From Eledone cirrhosa (taxonomy: Eukaryota): 64,000 nucleotides of DNA. Made by a program: the position numbers and the translations under genes. Numbering within the stretch: the first letter of the stretch is position 1; each line of letters opens with the position of its first letter. The notes under the pieces are model-generated. The model was not told the origin of the DNA. It saw only the letters and a program-made list of their open reading frames with translations, and ran no database searches. The stretch is taken from positions 312,170,001 through 312,234,000 of the forward strand of contig OZ024740.1 of assembly GCA_964016885.1 (NCBI GenBank), written 5' to 3'. Below, piece by piece: positions 12,820 to 27,432 of this stretch.

Positions 12820-13488
12820 AGATGTTCAGGGAAAATTGATAGTAGAAGTGCCAGTGATAGGCACATTTTTCAAATGCAGATAGGATCTATAGAGATGGTT
12901 GATAGCTTCTGATATCTAGGTGATCAGATTAGCAAGGGAGGAGGATGCTCCGAGGCCATACTATCTAGAATAAGGACAGGATGGAAGAAGTTTAGGGAGC
13001 TGCTTCCCTACAAAAGAAAGGTCGGTTGTATGATGCCTGTGTGAGATGCACAATGCTGCACGGTAGTGAGACATGGGCAGCAACTGCAGAGGATATGCGA
13101 CGGCTGGAGAGAAATGAAGCAAGCATGCTCCGATGGATGTGCAATGTCAATGTGTGTGAATGACCAAGCATGGACAAGTTGAAAGTGAAACTGTGTATAA
13201 GAGGGATAAACTGTAGTGTGCAGGAGAGAAGACTGCATTGGTATGGCAATGTGATGCGCATGGAAGATGATCGCTGGGTGAAGAAGTGCCAAGAAATCCT
13301 GGTGGAAGGAAGACACAGTAGAGGAAGACCATGAAAAACATGGGCGGAGGTGGTGAGAGCTGACCTCAGATCGCTGAAGCTCACAGAGGAGATCATGATG
13401 AACCGTGACAAATGGAGCGATGCTGGGCTGAAGAGGACCTGTTCCACCCTTGCAAACAAGGAAAAGTGGACATAAAATGATGACGATG
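12820..13488 (+). mobile_element. Decayed 5'-truncated RTE LINE (family B)
   Basis: Homologous to the 3' part of 40743-42241 (MLHGSETWAATAEDMRRLERNEASMLRW), with stops. Confidence 0.88.
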
Positions 13489-14035
13489 ATATATATAAAT
13501 CCACATCTATATTTAAACTGGTACTGTGTTTATGTTGTGTTCCTTTATGTCCTGTAACTTATCAGTTCATCAAATAGATATTGATAAAATAATTACCAGG
13601 CTCAAGTGAATATTGGAGGTAATAATATTGACTCAACATTTGAAGGTGATACCCTAGCCTAGCCACAGTCCAGTGGATGAAACCAATAAAAGATTACAGG
13701 TCATGCAACCATGTAAAGGCTCCTTCTGGGCTACAAGGTTTGGTTGAGTAAACTTAATGAAAGCTAGTGTTGCCGCTTATGGTGATAATTACAATAACTA
13801 CAAAAAATAGATAGAAAAACCTCCTTTCATGAACTCTGCAACATTGCTACTCATATTTTTGTATTCAACAATAAGCTGTAACACCAGGCCAACTTGCTAC
13901 TGGCATGAATCCAATCTATTCTTATCCTAGCATCATCTCTCCATTAGAGGTTAATTTAAGGCAATTTGACACTTCTATCTGCCGTTTGTTTATTTTATGT
14001 AGACTTTCTTTGAATTGCCAGTATATTTCTTTTTA

Positions 14036-14410
14036 TCATCATCATCGATTAACGTCTATCTTCCACTCTAGCATAGATTAGACGGGTTTGTCCCATTTAG
14101 AGGGAAGTTGGGTCGGGTCACCGTGTCTCACTCAAATAGGAGAGTTTCTGGCTGGTTTTCTACGGCTGGATGCCCTTCCTAATGCCAACCACATTGACAG
14201 TGTGTGCTGGCTGCTTTTTGATGTGTCTTTTACACGTCCACTTTACAGTATGGGCTGGGTGTTTTGGGGGTGGTTTTCTATGGCTGGATGCCCTTCTTAA
14301 CGCCAACCACATTTACAATGTATGCAGGGTGTTTTTTGCCGTGTCTTTTACATATACTCTTTACAGTGTGGGCTGGGTGCTTTTTGTTGTGACACCTACA
14401 CGATCACTGC
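14036..14410 (-). mobile_element. RTE-related 3' tail fragment
   Basis: (atc)n tail and repeated ggctggatgcccttcctaa(c/t)gccaaccac motif. Confidence 0.7.
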
Positions 14411-15054
14411 AGCGCAAACGCCGACTGACAACGACCGTGCCAGTTGCTGTGTGTCCTTTCTTTCGTTTACTCTTCTATGTTTCTATCTCCGAAGTGAAGA
14501 ACGAGAAACAAAAACAAAAAGTATTATTTCAATAAACGTTCCATGAGCGATGAGTGCAACGCTCGCTTCTTCTGCAACTCCTGACTTCCAGTCTGCAAAA
14601 AGTACAAAAGAGGGAGGGGGCTGGCAAAAGGACAGCGCATGCAAATTTATCTGACTTTAAGCAACAGAGACAGAGTGGTAGGGACGAGGTAGTGATTTTA
14701 GTTGGTTTTTTTTTAAGATGAATATTTCATTGTACTTTTACATCAGTTTTAGTTTAACTTCTGACATTTATTTGTTCAGTATTCAAAGGATTACATTGCA
14801 TTACTATATTGTTCTTTAGAGAGACACTAGAATAGCAGCTTACCAGCTGATGGGATACAGGTTATGTCCTATTACTATCACTCCATCTTTGATAAACATG
14901 TTCATCTTTCACTAGCTCAATCCACCTAACAGTAAACAAGTTCAATGTAATTGTACTGAATATAGCCATCAACAGTGCAAACACTATAAAGGATGAATGC
15001 GTTCATAAGCTTCCTGGGCTGCACTTAAATTTTCCCATGAGCTACTAGTTAGAC

Positions 15055-15380
15055 CAGTGGTTCCCAAATATAATATTGTTTTTTACTCATGGCAGACTTT
15101 AGAGAAAATAAAAATGTCTTGCTGTATTTTAGGCATAAAATTAAAAAAAAGCTATTAAAAAAGATATGTATATATCTTGCCTATAAATATAAAAAAAATT
15201 AAACTACAGAAAATTAAGTACTTATGATTTTATTCAATAAAAGATGCATAGTTATCAAGACTTTATAATTTCAGTTTGTATTTTCACATCTTTTAGAACA
15301 CAATTTTATTATTTTCACAACACACTTGGCTATATCTTGCCAACACTGTTGTACCATGACACACTGCTTGGAAATCACTG
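15055..15380. mobile_element. hAT-type MITE
   Basis: Ends cagtggttccca / tggaaatcactg; degenerate 8-bp TSD agttagac/atttacac; similar ends at ~46962 and ~47570. Confidence 0.55.
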
Positions 15381-15898
15381 ATTTACACAATCGAAGCCAG
15401 CAATATCATTGTTATCCAAGATACCAAAACCCAATATCAGACAGGATTCTGTAAACAATCAAGGCCAACGCTAATGCCTCTTCAATTTATTTCTTATTGT
15501 GAAAACCTTCTCTGCAACATCACCACAACTAGAATCCACAGAGATTTTACTTTTCCTTCAAATAAATCTCAAGAAGCTTGTGAAAACAACCTGTACCAGC
15601 ATGGAAAGCAAATATAAACATGATGATGATGATGAAAATAACCTGACATTTCTCTGACATACTATAACATATGTTACTTCTATGTAAGGGTGTGTCTCCA
15701 CATAGTTATGAGTCAGTTATTATTGATCAATAATAGCCAACATACTACTGCAGTTAGACTAAATTGATAATTAAGATATTTTATTTCATACTTCTCAGTT
15801 CTGACTTCAAATTTTATCAGTAATCGTTCTATTCAGAACTTCAGAGACAATAAAATATGAATGATATGCTAGGATTAATTCACTTAACTACACATAAG

Positions 15899-16428
15899 TT
15901 AAGGGATGATGCATTGAATGGCATGCACACAAACTTCTCAGTTATTTCTTTTTTAGTTGGAGAATGAAAACAAAAACCTAACAGTAATTGTTAGCAATTT
16001 CCAAAGAAAAAAAAAATAATTTCAGAAAATTAAGAATTAATTTCACAAAGTTGATTTACATACTGATAAAAAAAATCTGTTTTTTGTAGGCAAAGAGAGA
16101 CATGTATTGATCTTATTGGATCCTATCAGCATAGCCTACTCAACGCTGCTTAGATCAATCAACAAAGGATTTTACATACAGAAAAATAGTCATAAAGAGT
16201 GTTGATCAAGCTGTCTCTTTGCATGTAAACAGAAATTTAATTTTCCACTAAGCATATAAATTTGTATTTTTGTGAAATTAGTTCTAAATTTCTTGAAATT
16301 CTTTCCATTTTTCTTTCAGAGTTGCTAACAATAATTGCTAGATTTTTTATTTTTTTCTCCAAATAAGAGGGAAATTTTAACTAAATAAGAATTTTTGGCA
16401 TATGTCATTCAGTATATCACCTCTTAAC
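15899..16428. mobile_element. Old foldback/MITE with ~210-bp degenerate inverted arms
   Basis: ttaagggatgat...atcacctcttaa; internal pairs attgttagcaa/ttgctaacaat, aatttcacaaa/tttgtgaaatt, gcaaagagagaca/tgtctctttgc. Confidence 0.6.
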
Positions 16429-17157
16429 TTATCTATTTAAATTCATGCCATTATCCAACTTGAGTTATTTTCCTCAGTTCTCTTTATTTCTTAAAATTAT
16501 ATTTAACTATATCCCTCCCTTACAAAACCTTTGAGTTATGCGAATTCAAAAGAAATAGATCTTTTGAAAAATTGATTCTGATTTTTAAATCACCAGAACT
16601 CATTACTAGTTTACATCCTCCTGGAAGGAGATGAAGAAAGACTGAAAGCTGTAATGGAATGAGAATAAGAAAAAGAAGCACAAGCAATTGAGTAGGACCA
16701 TTAGTAGGAACAACAGAAACATTCTAAAATACATTGTCAGCTTTTTACTTCAAACTCTAATTTTTTTTTCTCCTTTAGTATCCCATTTTCTCTTATACAC
16801 AAGTGTGTATGGAAGTTTTTTTAATCATACCACTAATTAATGTATAGGTTGACATCAGAATGAGCATCCAACCATAGAAACACTGCCTCAAAAAAGACTT
16901 GTCAAATTCATGCCAGCATTAAAAAATGAATGATGATGTGATGATTATGATGATATATGATTTAATGTACAAAGGATAGAAAAAAGTACCCATTGTATGA
17001 AGTAGTATTTATATGTTTTTATTTGATGCCTTTTATCGATATTGCTTATCAAATCTTTGTCTTGCTTACTAAGTGTTTAACACAAAAATCTGACTAATGA
17101 CAATAAGATGCCTCATATTCAAATAAAAACCATGTATGTGTGTTGTGCATGTGTGCA

Positions 17158-17345
17158 TACTATTAGTATTATATTTATATAGGGCAATGTGGAAATACTA
17201 TTAATATTATATTCATATAGAGCAACGTAAAAATACTATTAGTTTTATATTTATATAGACAAATGTGAAAATACTATTAGTATTATAGTTATATAGAACA
17301 ATGTGAAAATACTATTAGTATTATATTTATAGTTTAGATATTATA
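17158..17345. repeat. ~39-bp AT-rich minisatellite, resuming at 18405-18505
   Basis: Repeated aatgtgaaaatactattagtattatatttatatag. Confidence 0.75.
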
Positions 17346-17454
17346 TTTAGTAGCAGAAAAACCACCCTTCGGGTGGTTTTCTGCTAGTATGTGTAGTGTG
17401 TATATATACATGTAGATATGATACATCAAATAAAATCGTAATTGACAATATAAA

Positions 17455-18409
17455 CAAAATTGAACGAAGACGTTGTTACACTGTCTTATGTAATCAGTAA
17501 CGTAATCCATGATACATTAAAAAAGACGATATTATATATAAACTACATTAGGAGAAAATTAGTATGTTTATTTAAGTGATCGCCACCGGAAGTGTTGACA
17601 TCACACACTCTCCCTTTCTATATATATGGTAGTTGAAGTGGTGGTGGTGGCAACGATATACCGGAAGTGCAACTTTGAAAAGAAGTCAATTTTAAATTAT
17701 TTATTTTTACGAAATTATTTTTTGTTTACAAAATTTAGTAGATAAATTATGTAATATTCGGCATACGTCAAAACGGCCGGTCTCAAAAGTGAAACTAATT
17801 TTTGACAGTTACGTACGTCATTATTTTCAATTTGGATTGTGAATACGTGATTTTTTTTACACACATCCACAAACTTATAGATGTATATACACATGTACAA
17901 CATATATATGTGTGTATATGTACACATATACACACATATATATATACAAACACATATATATATACAAACACACACATATATATACAAACACACATATATA
18001 TATATACATACACACACACATATATATACACACATATACACACCCACACATATATATATATTAAGAAATCCATACAATTGCGTGTGTCTGCATTATAGTC
18101 ATCTCAAAGTTTATACACAAATCTATTCAGATGAGTGAGTTTACGTAACTGTCAAAAATTAGTTTCACTTTTGAGACCGGCCGTTTTGACGTATGCCTAA
18201 TATTCATTCATTATTTATTCAAAGTAAGGTTGAATTTGCCGAGGTTGACTTTGCCTTTCATCCTTATGGGGTCGATAAAATAAAGTACCAGTAATGCACT
18301 GGGTAATTGCTGGCCTTGTGCCTAAAGTAGAAACAATTATTTATTCAAAGTAATCCAAAAAAATAAACCGTACGCAGTCCCGCAGACCTTCCTTTATTAT
18401 AGTTTAGAT
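17455..18409 (+). mobile_element. Non-autonomous interspersed repeat (Helentron/HINE-like), with nested inverted repeat and SINE fragment
   Basis: Shares attgaacgaagac...ccggaagtgttgacat and the terminus aaaccgtac(g/a)cagtcccgc...agtttagat with 36393-36925. Confidence 0.55.
17752..18205. repeat. ~62-bp inverted repeat around a CA/TA microsatellite
   Basis: ggcatacgtcaaaacggccggtctcaaaagtgaaactaatttttgacagttacgta, reverse complement at 18143-18197. Confidence 0.85.
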
Positions 18410-20418
18410 CAATGTGAAAATACTATTAGTATTATATAATGTGGAAAGAGATATAAATAACACTATTAGTTTTATATTTATATAGATCAATGTGAAAATA
18501 CTAGTTGTTTAATGGCACTGTATGAATAACTAAGTTCAAATAAAGAATTTCAGAAACAGGATGAGAAAATAGTATTGTGTCTGAAATAATTTCTCTATCC
18601 CACAGACATAAGGAGTTAATAGAGGGTTGGTGACGAGACCACTTTAATGCATTAATAATTACCTTAACATAAATATGTACTTTACTGAACTGAGTTAGAG
18701 TGATGTTGATGAAGTAGGTGGTGTTGGTGAGAGTGGTAGAAGTAGTGGTGGATGTGCTGATGGCAATGGTGGTGGTGGTGGGTGTGGTTGGGGGTGATGG
18801 TGGGAGGGCAGGGATGGTGGTGAGGGGAGGGGGTGATAGTAGCAGTGGTGGTGGTGGCAGTAATGAGGGTGGTAATGATCAGCCAAAGGAACATAGTCAA
18901 AAATAGATTGTTGAAGGATTCATAGCTAAGAGTAGAAAGTGGAGTGGGCAGCATACCCAAGTTCAGGGGTTTGATTAATTGCAGTATAGAAAAACTGAAT
19001 GTAGAAAAACATTAAGAAACCAATAATTTAGTTACTTAAAATGAAATTGTTGTGTTTTTTTTCCTGTTATTTTTATCATTTCATTACAGTTACATTACTT
19101 TACATCATCATTTTTACATCCAGTTTTCCATGCTGACATAGGTTGGACAAGGTGATTTCAGACAATGTCTTTTGGCCAAATACTTTTCCTGATGCCAAAC
19201 CCTTTAATTGAATCTTACAAACTGCAGGAATATGGTATACCTATTCTAAATATTTCTTTAACACTTCATAATTATGAAATATTCAGTGATGAATAGTTAT
19301 TTTCTAATCCTGCCGAGGTTAGCTTTGCCTTTTATCCTGACGGGATCGATAAAATAAAGCACCAGTAATGCACTGGGGTCGATTTAATCAACTTTCTCCT
19401 CTCCCCAAATTGCTGGCCGTGTGCCTATAGTAGAAATCATTATTACTATTACTATATTTTATTTGAAATTACTAACCCATGCAAGAGTGGAAAAAAATAG
19501 ACGTAAAAACAATGATGATGATGGCATGTGTGAATGCACAAGGGTATGTTTGTCTCCATATGTACCATCACATTGACATCAGTAGCATAAATACATTACT
19601 GAAAAAATAAAAAGGGTTGATGTCAGGAGGGCACACAGATATTGAATACTGTCTCAAAAGGTTTTGGCTGCCCATGTTGGCATGGAAAGAAGACAACAAC
19701 AGTGGCAGCGGTGGAGGTGATGACAACAATGACGATATAGGTTTAGAAAAAAGAACTGAAACAGAATTAACTCTGTAAACTAATCACCAAAATATATAAT
19801 ATAACATATTATACATTTCATAGGCAAACATCAAGTCTCTGATGATTCATTTCTGCTCAAAAGATTCCAATCTCAGTTCAATTAAATGTTCTAGATATGA
19901 GAGATCTGCCATCCCAGGTTTCTGTCAGTAAAATGTATATGAACTTATTCTGTTCTATTTATGTTCAGAATATAAGAATGGTTCAAGATTTCAATAGCAT
20001 GTTTTTTTTACATAAGTTTTGTAAATATGAAGTAAAAAGTTTTCGTCTTTATTTAAAAACACTTTGAAAATCATTAAGGTTATAGAATTATTTTTAGCAC
20101 ACTTCCAAATCATGTAGAATCATTTTGCTTAAAAACAACAATGAATGCTTCTCGACATTTTAACTACTTTCTTCAGATTTAGATTCTATATACAGAAGAT
20201 CATTCTCTAGCTTGTATGAGGATTTGGCTTTAAATGGTTTTATATTTCATGATACACAGCACTACACAAATTAAATATTCCACATGTGACTATGTTTTGT
20301 ATGAAAACAAAAACTCAAAATGTTTTTGTCATAAACAAAAGTAGAAAAATTAACTATTAACTCAGCTATTCTTAACTCTCAATAATAGCACTAGTTAACT
20401 GTTTATGCACCATCCTAC

Positions 20419-20646
20419 TTAGCCCTTTAGCATTTACATTGCTCTATATTTACTATTGTATTTTTGTGGTAAAGGCTTTACTCACATAATTATCTCACAT
20501 AATATTGAATCTATGAGATTTTGATATTATTTATTTTGAGAACAACACCTTAACATCAGTATGACTGGCCAGTTACAGCTGGTTTGAACAGAAAGAAGTG
20601 AGAGAATTCTGGTTGGATATGGCCAGTTTAAATGCTAATGGGTTAA
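20419..20646. mobile_element. piggyBac-type MITE copy
   Basis: TIR ccctttagcattt/aaatgctaa(a/t)ggg with TTAA flank; four copies in the window. Confidence 0.65.
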
Positions 20647-21000
20647 TATTGCCTGTAAAGAGCCAACAAGAGACTATCTCAGTGGTTGTTCTCCTTACAA
20701 GAGATAGTGATCAAATCGCACCTTACTGTCTTTCAATAGAGAAGTACACATTAGCTAATGTAGAAATAAAGACATTAAAACAAAATGACAGTATGGTTAC
20801 AGTTGCTTTCGGTCATAGGCCTGCTTGATCAAAGTTGCCAAGGGTTAAATAATAACATACTGCCTATGGTCACATATTAACAATTTGCTGAAGACTGATT
20901 TTCAGAATATGCTTTTATATTAACATTTTTGACACCAATAATTAAATAAGTCTTCAGTCAAGACTTCCATTATAGTTTTTAGTAAGACCTTGCTATGTTC

Positions 21001-21188
21001 TGGATTGGCAGTATCGGTAGAGGATCGGATGCCATGCTTTGAAGCATAGAGTTACCTCCCTGTATGATCTGAGTTCAAATCCCGCCGAGGTTAACTTTGC
21101 CTTTCATCCTTCTGGGGTCGATAGAATAAAGTACCAGTAATGCATTGGATAATTGCTGGCCTTGTGCCAAAAGTAGAAACAATTATTG
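21001..21188 (+). mobile_element. tRNA-derived SINE with Nin-like central domain
   Basis: tggcagtatcgg (A box), gagttcaaatcc (B box), ctttgcctttcatccttctggggtcgata..agtaccag; partial copies at 18225-18345 and 19305-19445. Confidence 0.8.
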
Positions 21189-21559
21189 TGTTACATCATT
21201 CAACAACAATTTTGTAGATATTTCACTAAACTCTTCAAAAATCTTAATTATTTAGAAAATAACATGTAATAGCAGGCAATGTTTCTATCTTTTTGTTTAG
21301 ACAGGTAGTGCCCATCATGATTCTTTTCAGGGCCTTTGATACTGATGGAAAGGATGGAGGAAGCTCTCCTTAAACTGGACACCTGAGCCAGCTACTTGCA
21401 ACAAAGTGGACTCTGCTCAAGAGCCATGTGATGGTATTAAACCAGGAAACAGATTAAGTTTACCACCTAAATAAGCCACAGTGAGATTTGAACTCAGAAC
21501 ACAAAAAGTTGGAACAAATACCACAAGGCATCCATTGCCCTAGACTGGTATTTTATTTT

Positions 21560-22480
21560 ATCAATCCTTATATCACCCATGTCCCACTTCTGTAAATAGT
21601 AGTACTTCTCACATATGCAGCATATTCCTGTCCCTTCAGTTTCAACAATACTCTCCTCCTCATTAGCACACCATTCAGTTCCCTAAACTTCTATGTACAT
21701 CTCACTGTAGCTACTGTTTCTGAGTCTGATTCCCCTTTCCCATTCAATACATCTCCACAATAACAAAATGTTTTCACAACATTCCTAAGATCCATCTCAG
21801 CTTCTCCTCCATTTTTAATGTAGCCACCCAGTGCATATCATACATTTAATGGAGTTCACTCCAACACCCTTCTTGCACACTGCATATGGCCACCTTCCTG
21901 TTGTATCCATCTCACAACATGGTTTGCCATTTACCATCACTTTTGTTATTCTAAAAGTCACCTTCATACCTTTTGCCTCCATACATTCCTTCCACCTATT
22001 TATCCTCTTGCTCAGCTACTCCATAATCTCTGCATACAGCAATTCCCATGGTAAACCCTCCATTACACTTTGGACTAGTACCTCCATCAAAACTACAGAT
22101 TATAATGGGTTTAATACCAACCCTTGATGTACTCCAGCATTCACTTCAAACTCATCACTGTTTCCATACTTCATCCTTATGATTGTACATGCTCTCAAAT
22201 AAATTGACATATCTACTCTAGCCAACCATTCCTCCACTTTTAACTTTCTCAATGTTCATATCACTACTTCATGTGGAACCTTATCAAAATGTTTCTCCAG
22301 ATCAATAAATCCCCAAAACAAATTCTTTCTCTTATTCCTGTACTTCTCTTGCAATAAAAACTGCATTTCATCAATCTTCACCTTTTCCTTATTCTCTTTT
22401 CTAACACTATCCAGTCACTTCATTCCATGTTCCAATAACTTAATTGCTCTATATGAGCCATTGTCTAAAATTCCCCACAT
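21560..22480 (-). mobile_element. Decayed RTE LINE RT fragment (distinct subfamily)
   Basis: Minus strand shows DLEK.FDKVP, AGVHQGLVL.P, WELLYA, WPYAVCKKGVGVNSIKC remnants. Confidence 0.75.
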
Positions 22481-22779
22481 TTCTTTCCATCACTTCTATA
22501 GTGACCTCAATGTCTCAGTTGTAGCCTTTGTCAAGATGCCTTTTGACAGATAAAGCTCTTGTCATGTGATCAAAAAACGCCTTGACAAATGCCACAATCA
22601 AGACATTGAGGTCACCATAGGAGTGGTGGTATTGACTCAATGCAAAGACCTCAGCTTTATATATTACCACTGGGGTGTTGCATCATTGATCCAGCAGCAT
22701 GACCCAGGTTTTTTACAAGAACAAACATTTACTTGGGGGCCCTATTGCTTATGCAGGAGGCATGACTTCATATTCCTGG

Positions 22780-23400
22780 TACAGGAGTATCCAATTTTAA
22801 CCATATGATGGTTAAAGATCTGGTGGTATTTGTGTCCTAGTGGGGAGTGTGTATCTATGAGAGCTAAAAATATTTTTTCCAACATTAGTTTTGATACTTA
22901 ATGAGAAAGGAGGGGGGAACCAAATTTTTGGTCTATTTCTAGGTTTATTCTTAATAGTATTTGGAGAGTGACCTGGAGAGTAGGATATATTCTCAGAGAA
23001 GCTGCTATTGTATAAGGCTGTATGGGGCTGCCCTATTAAAAATAGCTTGGTTTCAAGAGAGATTAGAGATCCACTTGTTAATATTCTTAACTATATTTTT
23101 GAAAACTATAGGGGGATGGCAGGAGTTTTTATGTATGTACCAAAGGTTTTTGCTAGGCTTATGGAAGTGTTTATGTGTGTGTGTACATAGGTCTAGATTA
23201 AAGTCTAATGTTAGTATGGTTGGTGGATATGGTGATTTTCATTCCTAGATCCCTAAATGTGTTGATTAACTCTTTCCTAAAAATGTCAAGGTCATAGCTC
23301 GCAAGGACCAGACCATTGTCATGGTATCATCCTTTATCTTAACATTCCAGTTGTTGTTAGATTGAATGTGTAATGTAATGCTATATTCATTGCATACCAA
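22780..23400 (-). mobile_element. Decayed Penelope-like RT fragment related to 1771-3880
   Basis: Minus strand YHDNGL..LNLDL..SCHPPIVFKNI..IFNRAAP. Confidence 0.72.
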
Positions 23401-23740
23401 TAATGTACTAAAATAAAACAGATAGTACTCACATATTACACAGAAAATGGATCAGTTGTTACTAATGACTCAGTGTATCAGAATAGTTGCTATTTAGCTA
23501 TGTTAGTCAAGAACAACATCTCCCAGATGACACATGCCATTCACAAATAATTGGATCAACATATCCTTATTATTACATGAAAAGGTTTCATTAATGTATT
23601 TGTGGGATAACATCCTGGAAAATAACTCTTCTTTCAGTGCAGTCCATCTTTTGAAACAATGTTGACTTGGCAACAAAAATACAAACCTGAATGTCAGCAT
23701 TTACCCAAGAGATAGTTTCTATTTACACCCCCACCCACAA

Positions 23741-23811
<71 letters not shown>

Positions 23812-24393
23812 AATATATATATATATATTAACATTTTTACACACACACACACACACATGCATACTTACATAAATACAAAGAGTGAAGCAGAGAGGAGAGA
23901 GAGAGAGAGAGAGATGAGCAAAATGTGAAAGCAACAAAGCAACAAACAGACAAGTTGAATGAAAGATGGGCAATGTAAGATAGAAAAGCAGTGTTGTGCC
24001 AGAGAAGAATAGAGATTAGAGAAGAGTGACATAAAAACAAAAACATAATGAGAGAAGAGAAAGGCAAGAACAAACTGACAAATACAGAGAGGGGTGGACA
24101 GGAGAGAAAAATGGACTGGGGAGTAAGAGAGAGGGATGAGAAAGGGAACTGAAGTTTCACATAAAAAAAAAGTAGAGAGCACTAAATGAAAAGATTCACA
24201 GCAGTTAGATCCATCAAATACTGTTATTGCTGGTTTTAAATCTCATTGTTCCATATATACTAGTAATATACTGTACTCAATTCAATCTACTACAACCCTC
24301 ACTTACAAAGCGCCAGTCCTGTTCCAAATCAAAATAAATTAATATTATTCAATACATAGGATAGTGTGTTGCCAGAAATGCCAAAGTTCAGGA

Positions 24394-24605
24394 TCAACTC
24401 TTTAGCATTTATATTACTCTATATTTACTATTATATTTCCATGGAAAAGGCTTTACCTCACATAATATTGAATCTATGAGATTTTGATATATTTATTTTG
24501 AGAACAATACGTTAACATCACGAGCAGCTGGTTACAGCTGGTTTGAACAGAAAGAGATGAGAGAATTCTAGCCAAATGTGGCTGGTTTAAATGCTAAAGG
24601 GTTAA
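24394..24605. mobile_element. piggyBac-type MITE copy
   Basis: Same TIRs and body as 20419-20646. Confidence 0.65.
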
Positions 24606-25924
24606 ATGTCTTACAGTATTTACATTTACCTTATTCTAACCCTCCAAAATAAGCACCATTGAGGGAGCTTAGTTAGAAGTTAACACCCAAATTCCCTTAA
24701 AACCAAATCCCATTGTCTTAAAAAAAAAGAACATGTTGGAAAATGTAGTTTAGATATACAAAAAGACAAAATGGACGTCTTTAATCATAAAGTACTCAAC
24801 CAGAACTGACCTGGAGCTAAATAACAACAACACCAACATTAACTCTTTTGTTACCATATTTCTAATCGAATTCATTGCCAATGATTTTCAATTCATTTTG
24901 AAAATGATAAAACATCTAGAGGAATTTAGTAGTATAAATAATTTCCTCATTATTTATCTGGTGTTTGGAACAATTTAACAAAGGTTCTTCCATAAAATTT
25001 TGATGAAAGCTTTTAGATAAATATAAATATTTTGAAATAAACAATTTTGTATTATACCAGGGGTGCTTTGGTATCAAAAGTTAAGATAAAAATGTATATT
25101 TTATGGCTTAGCAAGCACCTATGACATTTACAAAACCTAAAAACAATAGGAAGGTGGAAGAAAGGGAAGAAACCACAAATCATGGTTTGCTACAGTAAGA
25201 AATGGTGCATGAAAATAGCAAATTATCTTCAGACAGGGGACTAGATTTGAAAGTTTACAATGGAATGGACACTGTTAAAGAAACTCAAATGGTGATGGAT
25301 TGGGGCCTACAGAGAAAAGGGTATGGATAATTTAATCAACTCTAATACTTGACTATACTTATTTCATTTACCCATGAGAGATGAAAGATAAAACTGCCCA
25401 CCCCCATAAGGTTTGAACTCATAAAGAACTGTAACTTAACATCCTTATAGACACATTTGAAGCCTGTTGGGCACATAACTCACTATTTATGATATTGAGG
25501 AAAGGTATAAATGTTAAAACATCTCATTCTTTTCCATCAATATAAAAAATGTTTGTGCTATATCTAATGAAACCATGATTCAATATATATTTTGAGAAAT
25601 TCTATGCACAATTATCCACCTGACAGGTAAAGAAAACATGTAAAAACCCCTCCATAAAACATATATATTATGCACGCAAACACACAGCAGTAACAGAAAA
25701 GCAATAATAAATCATTGTGAGAGAGGAAGAAGTGGGGTGAAAGTTGTTAATACCATAAAACCATGTCACCATAGTAAATTGGTGAAATGTTAATCTGAGA
25801 GTAAATAATCATTATACTTTTCATAATACTTTGAGCTTTCAGTACTGAAAGATAGGCCAAAGCAGTTAGAGGGAAGACGGGGGAATAAATATATAGAAAA
25901 AGTAGGATATATATATATATATAC

Positions 25925-26108
25925 AAAACAGGTGGTGCACAGGATAAAGACAAAGGAAAACAACAGAAAAATGGACAGTTCCTTCTCATCAGTCAACCTC
26001 TGGAAATCACTATAGTTAGGTTGACTGAGGAGAAAAGATTATCCATTTTTTTTCCTCCCCACTCCCAGTTGGTTTTTCCATAGTCTTTGTCCTGTGTGCC
26101 ACACTGTT
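25925..26108. repeat. Imperfect palindrome with ~75-90-bp arms
   Basis: gcacaggataaagac..ggaaaa..aaaaatgga..tcagtcaacct / aggttgactga..tccattttt..ttttcc..gtctttgtcctgtgt. Confidence 0.65.
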
Positions 26109-27432
26109 ATGGATTCATATTCAAAAGTCTTAACCACATAGGCTTTTTTTAAACTCTCTCTATATATATATATATGCTTTACATGTCAACCACTTTGCAG
26201 GCTAGACTGAATATGTTTTATCATGAACCAGCACTAGAGAAGTTATTCCATGATTGTCCAGACTAAAGAGTCCTCTTAGACTCTATAATGTCTCAGTTCA
26301 ATCACCAAATACTGCAGCCTCTGGTCTCTCACGCAACATGGGACAATATATATATATAAATACACACACATATATAGATAGTCCACCCCACATATATATA
26401 TATATATATTCTCATCATTATCATCATCAACATACATATACACCCCATCAATCATCCACTTTTTTCATGCACTTTTAACAGCTACTTTTTTCATGCTGGC
26501 ATGAGTTGGAAAAGTTTCTTGGGTCAGTGTTCTATAGCCAGCCAAATGCCTTTCCTAACTCCATCTCACAGCTTTTTTTAAAGTACGGTACTTTATTCCA
26601 CTGTTTTTTTTTTTAAGTAAAGTTCTTTAAACCAGTGAGATGTAGGACAAATAAACATCACCACATACTTGGCAGAGTGTATTTAGATTGGATTTTAGAA
26701 AATGTTAGTTCCAACAAAGGGAAAAATCAGAATAGAGGAATACAAAGTAATAAATTGCTGTAGTTAAGAACTACTCAAGTCGTCATATGACACTGAGGTA
26801 GTCAACCTTCTAGTAAAAACCTCTTAGTCTCATAAGCCAACAAAGAAATCTTTTTTTAGTCACGCAACCTGCTCAAAATAGCAACCAAATCACACCCAAA
26901 CATTAAAAAAAATATTTATTGTTTATTGTTAAATTATGCCCAATTTTTTCTCGATTCTTCTCTCCATTCGAACCCATTCATTCAATCACTTCTATGTCCT
27001 AAATTCACACTATATCATATTTTCACCATTCTATATCATATCTTTTCTCTAAAAATCATATTTTCCCTATCACCGCATTTTCTCTATCGTAATTTCTTAA
27101 ACAAAACAAATCTTGTATTTTCGTTTATTGTTAAATCATGCCCAAAATACGGTGATCTTATCTTAAACCTTACATTCTCGCTATCACTATTATATATTCC
27201 TTTAAATATAATTTGTTAAACTTGCTAAGTTTTACGCAAATCTTCGAGTACCTATTTAAACTTTTAACCTCTGCTCCATCCCATATTCTACCCCCTACCC
27301 ATTCATCATGCTGGTTCCTGCCCCCCCCCCCTCCCTCTCTATACATATAAGATAAAACCCTACCAAAATTAATCAAAATCGCCAACTCGCTATTTCTGGG
27401 ATGGCTGTTCCCTCCGGTATAAAGTAACGTTC

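Noticed and set aside
18682-18960. His/Pro/Thr-rich ORFs
   Set aside because: Derived from a degenerate (GGT)n repeat.
25980-26040. CTGATGAG/CTGAGGAG as another hammerhead
   Set aside because: No GAAA box or stem III at a suitable distance; kept only as a palindrome.
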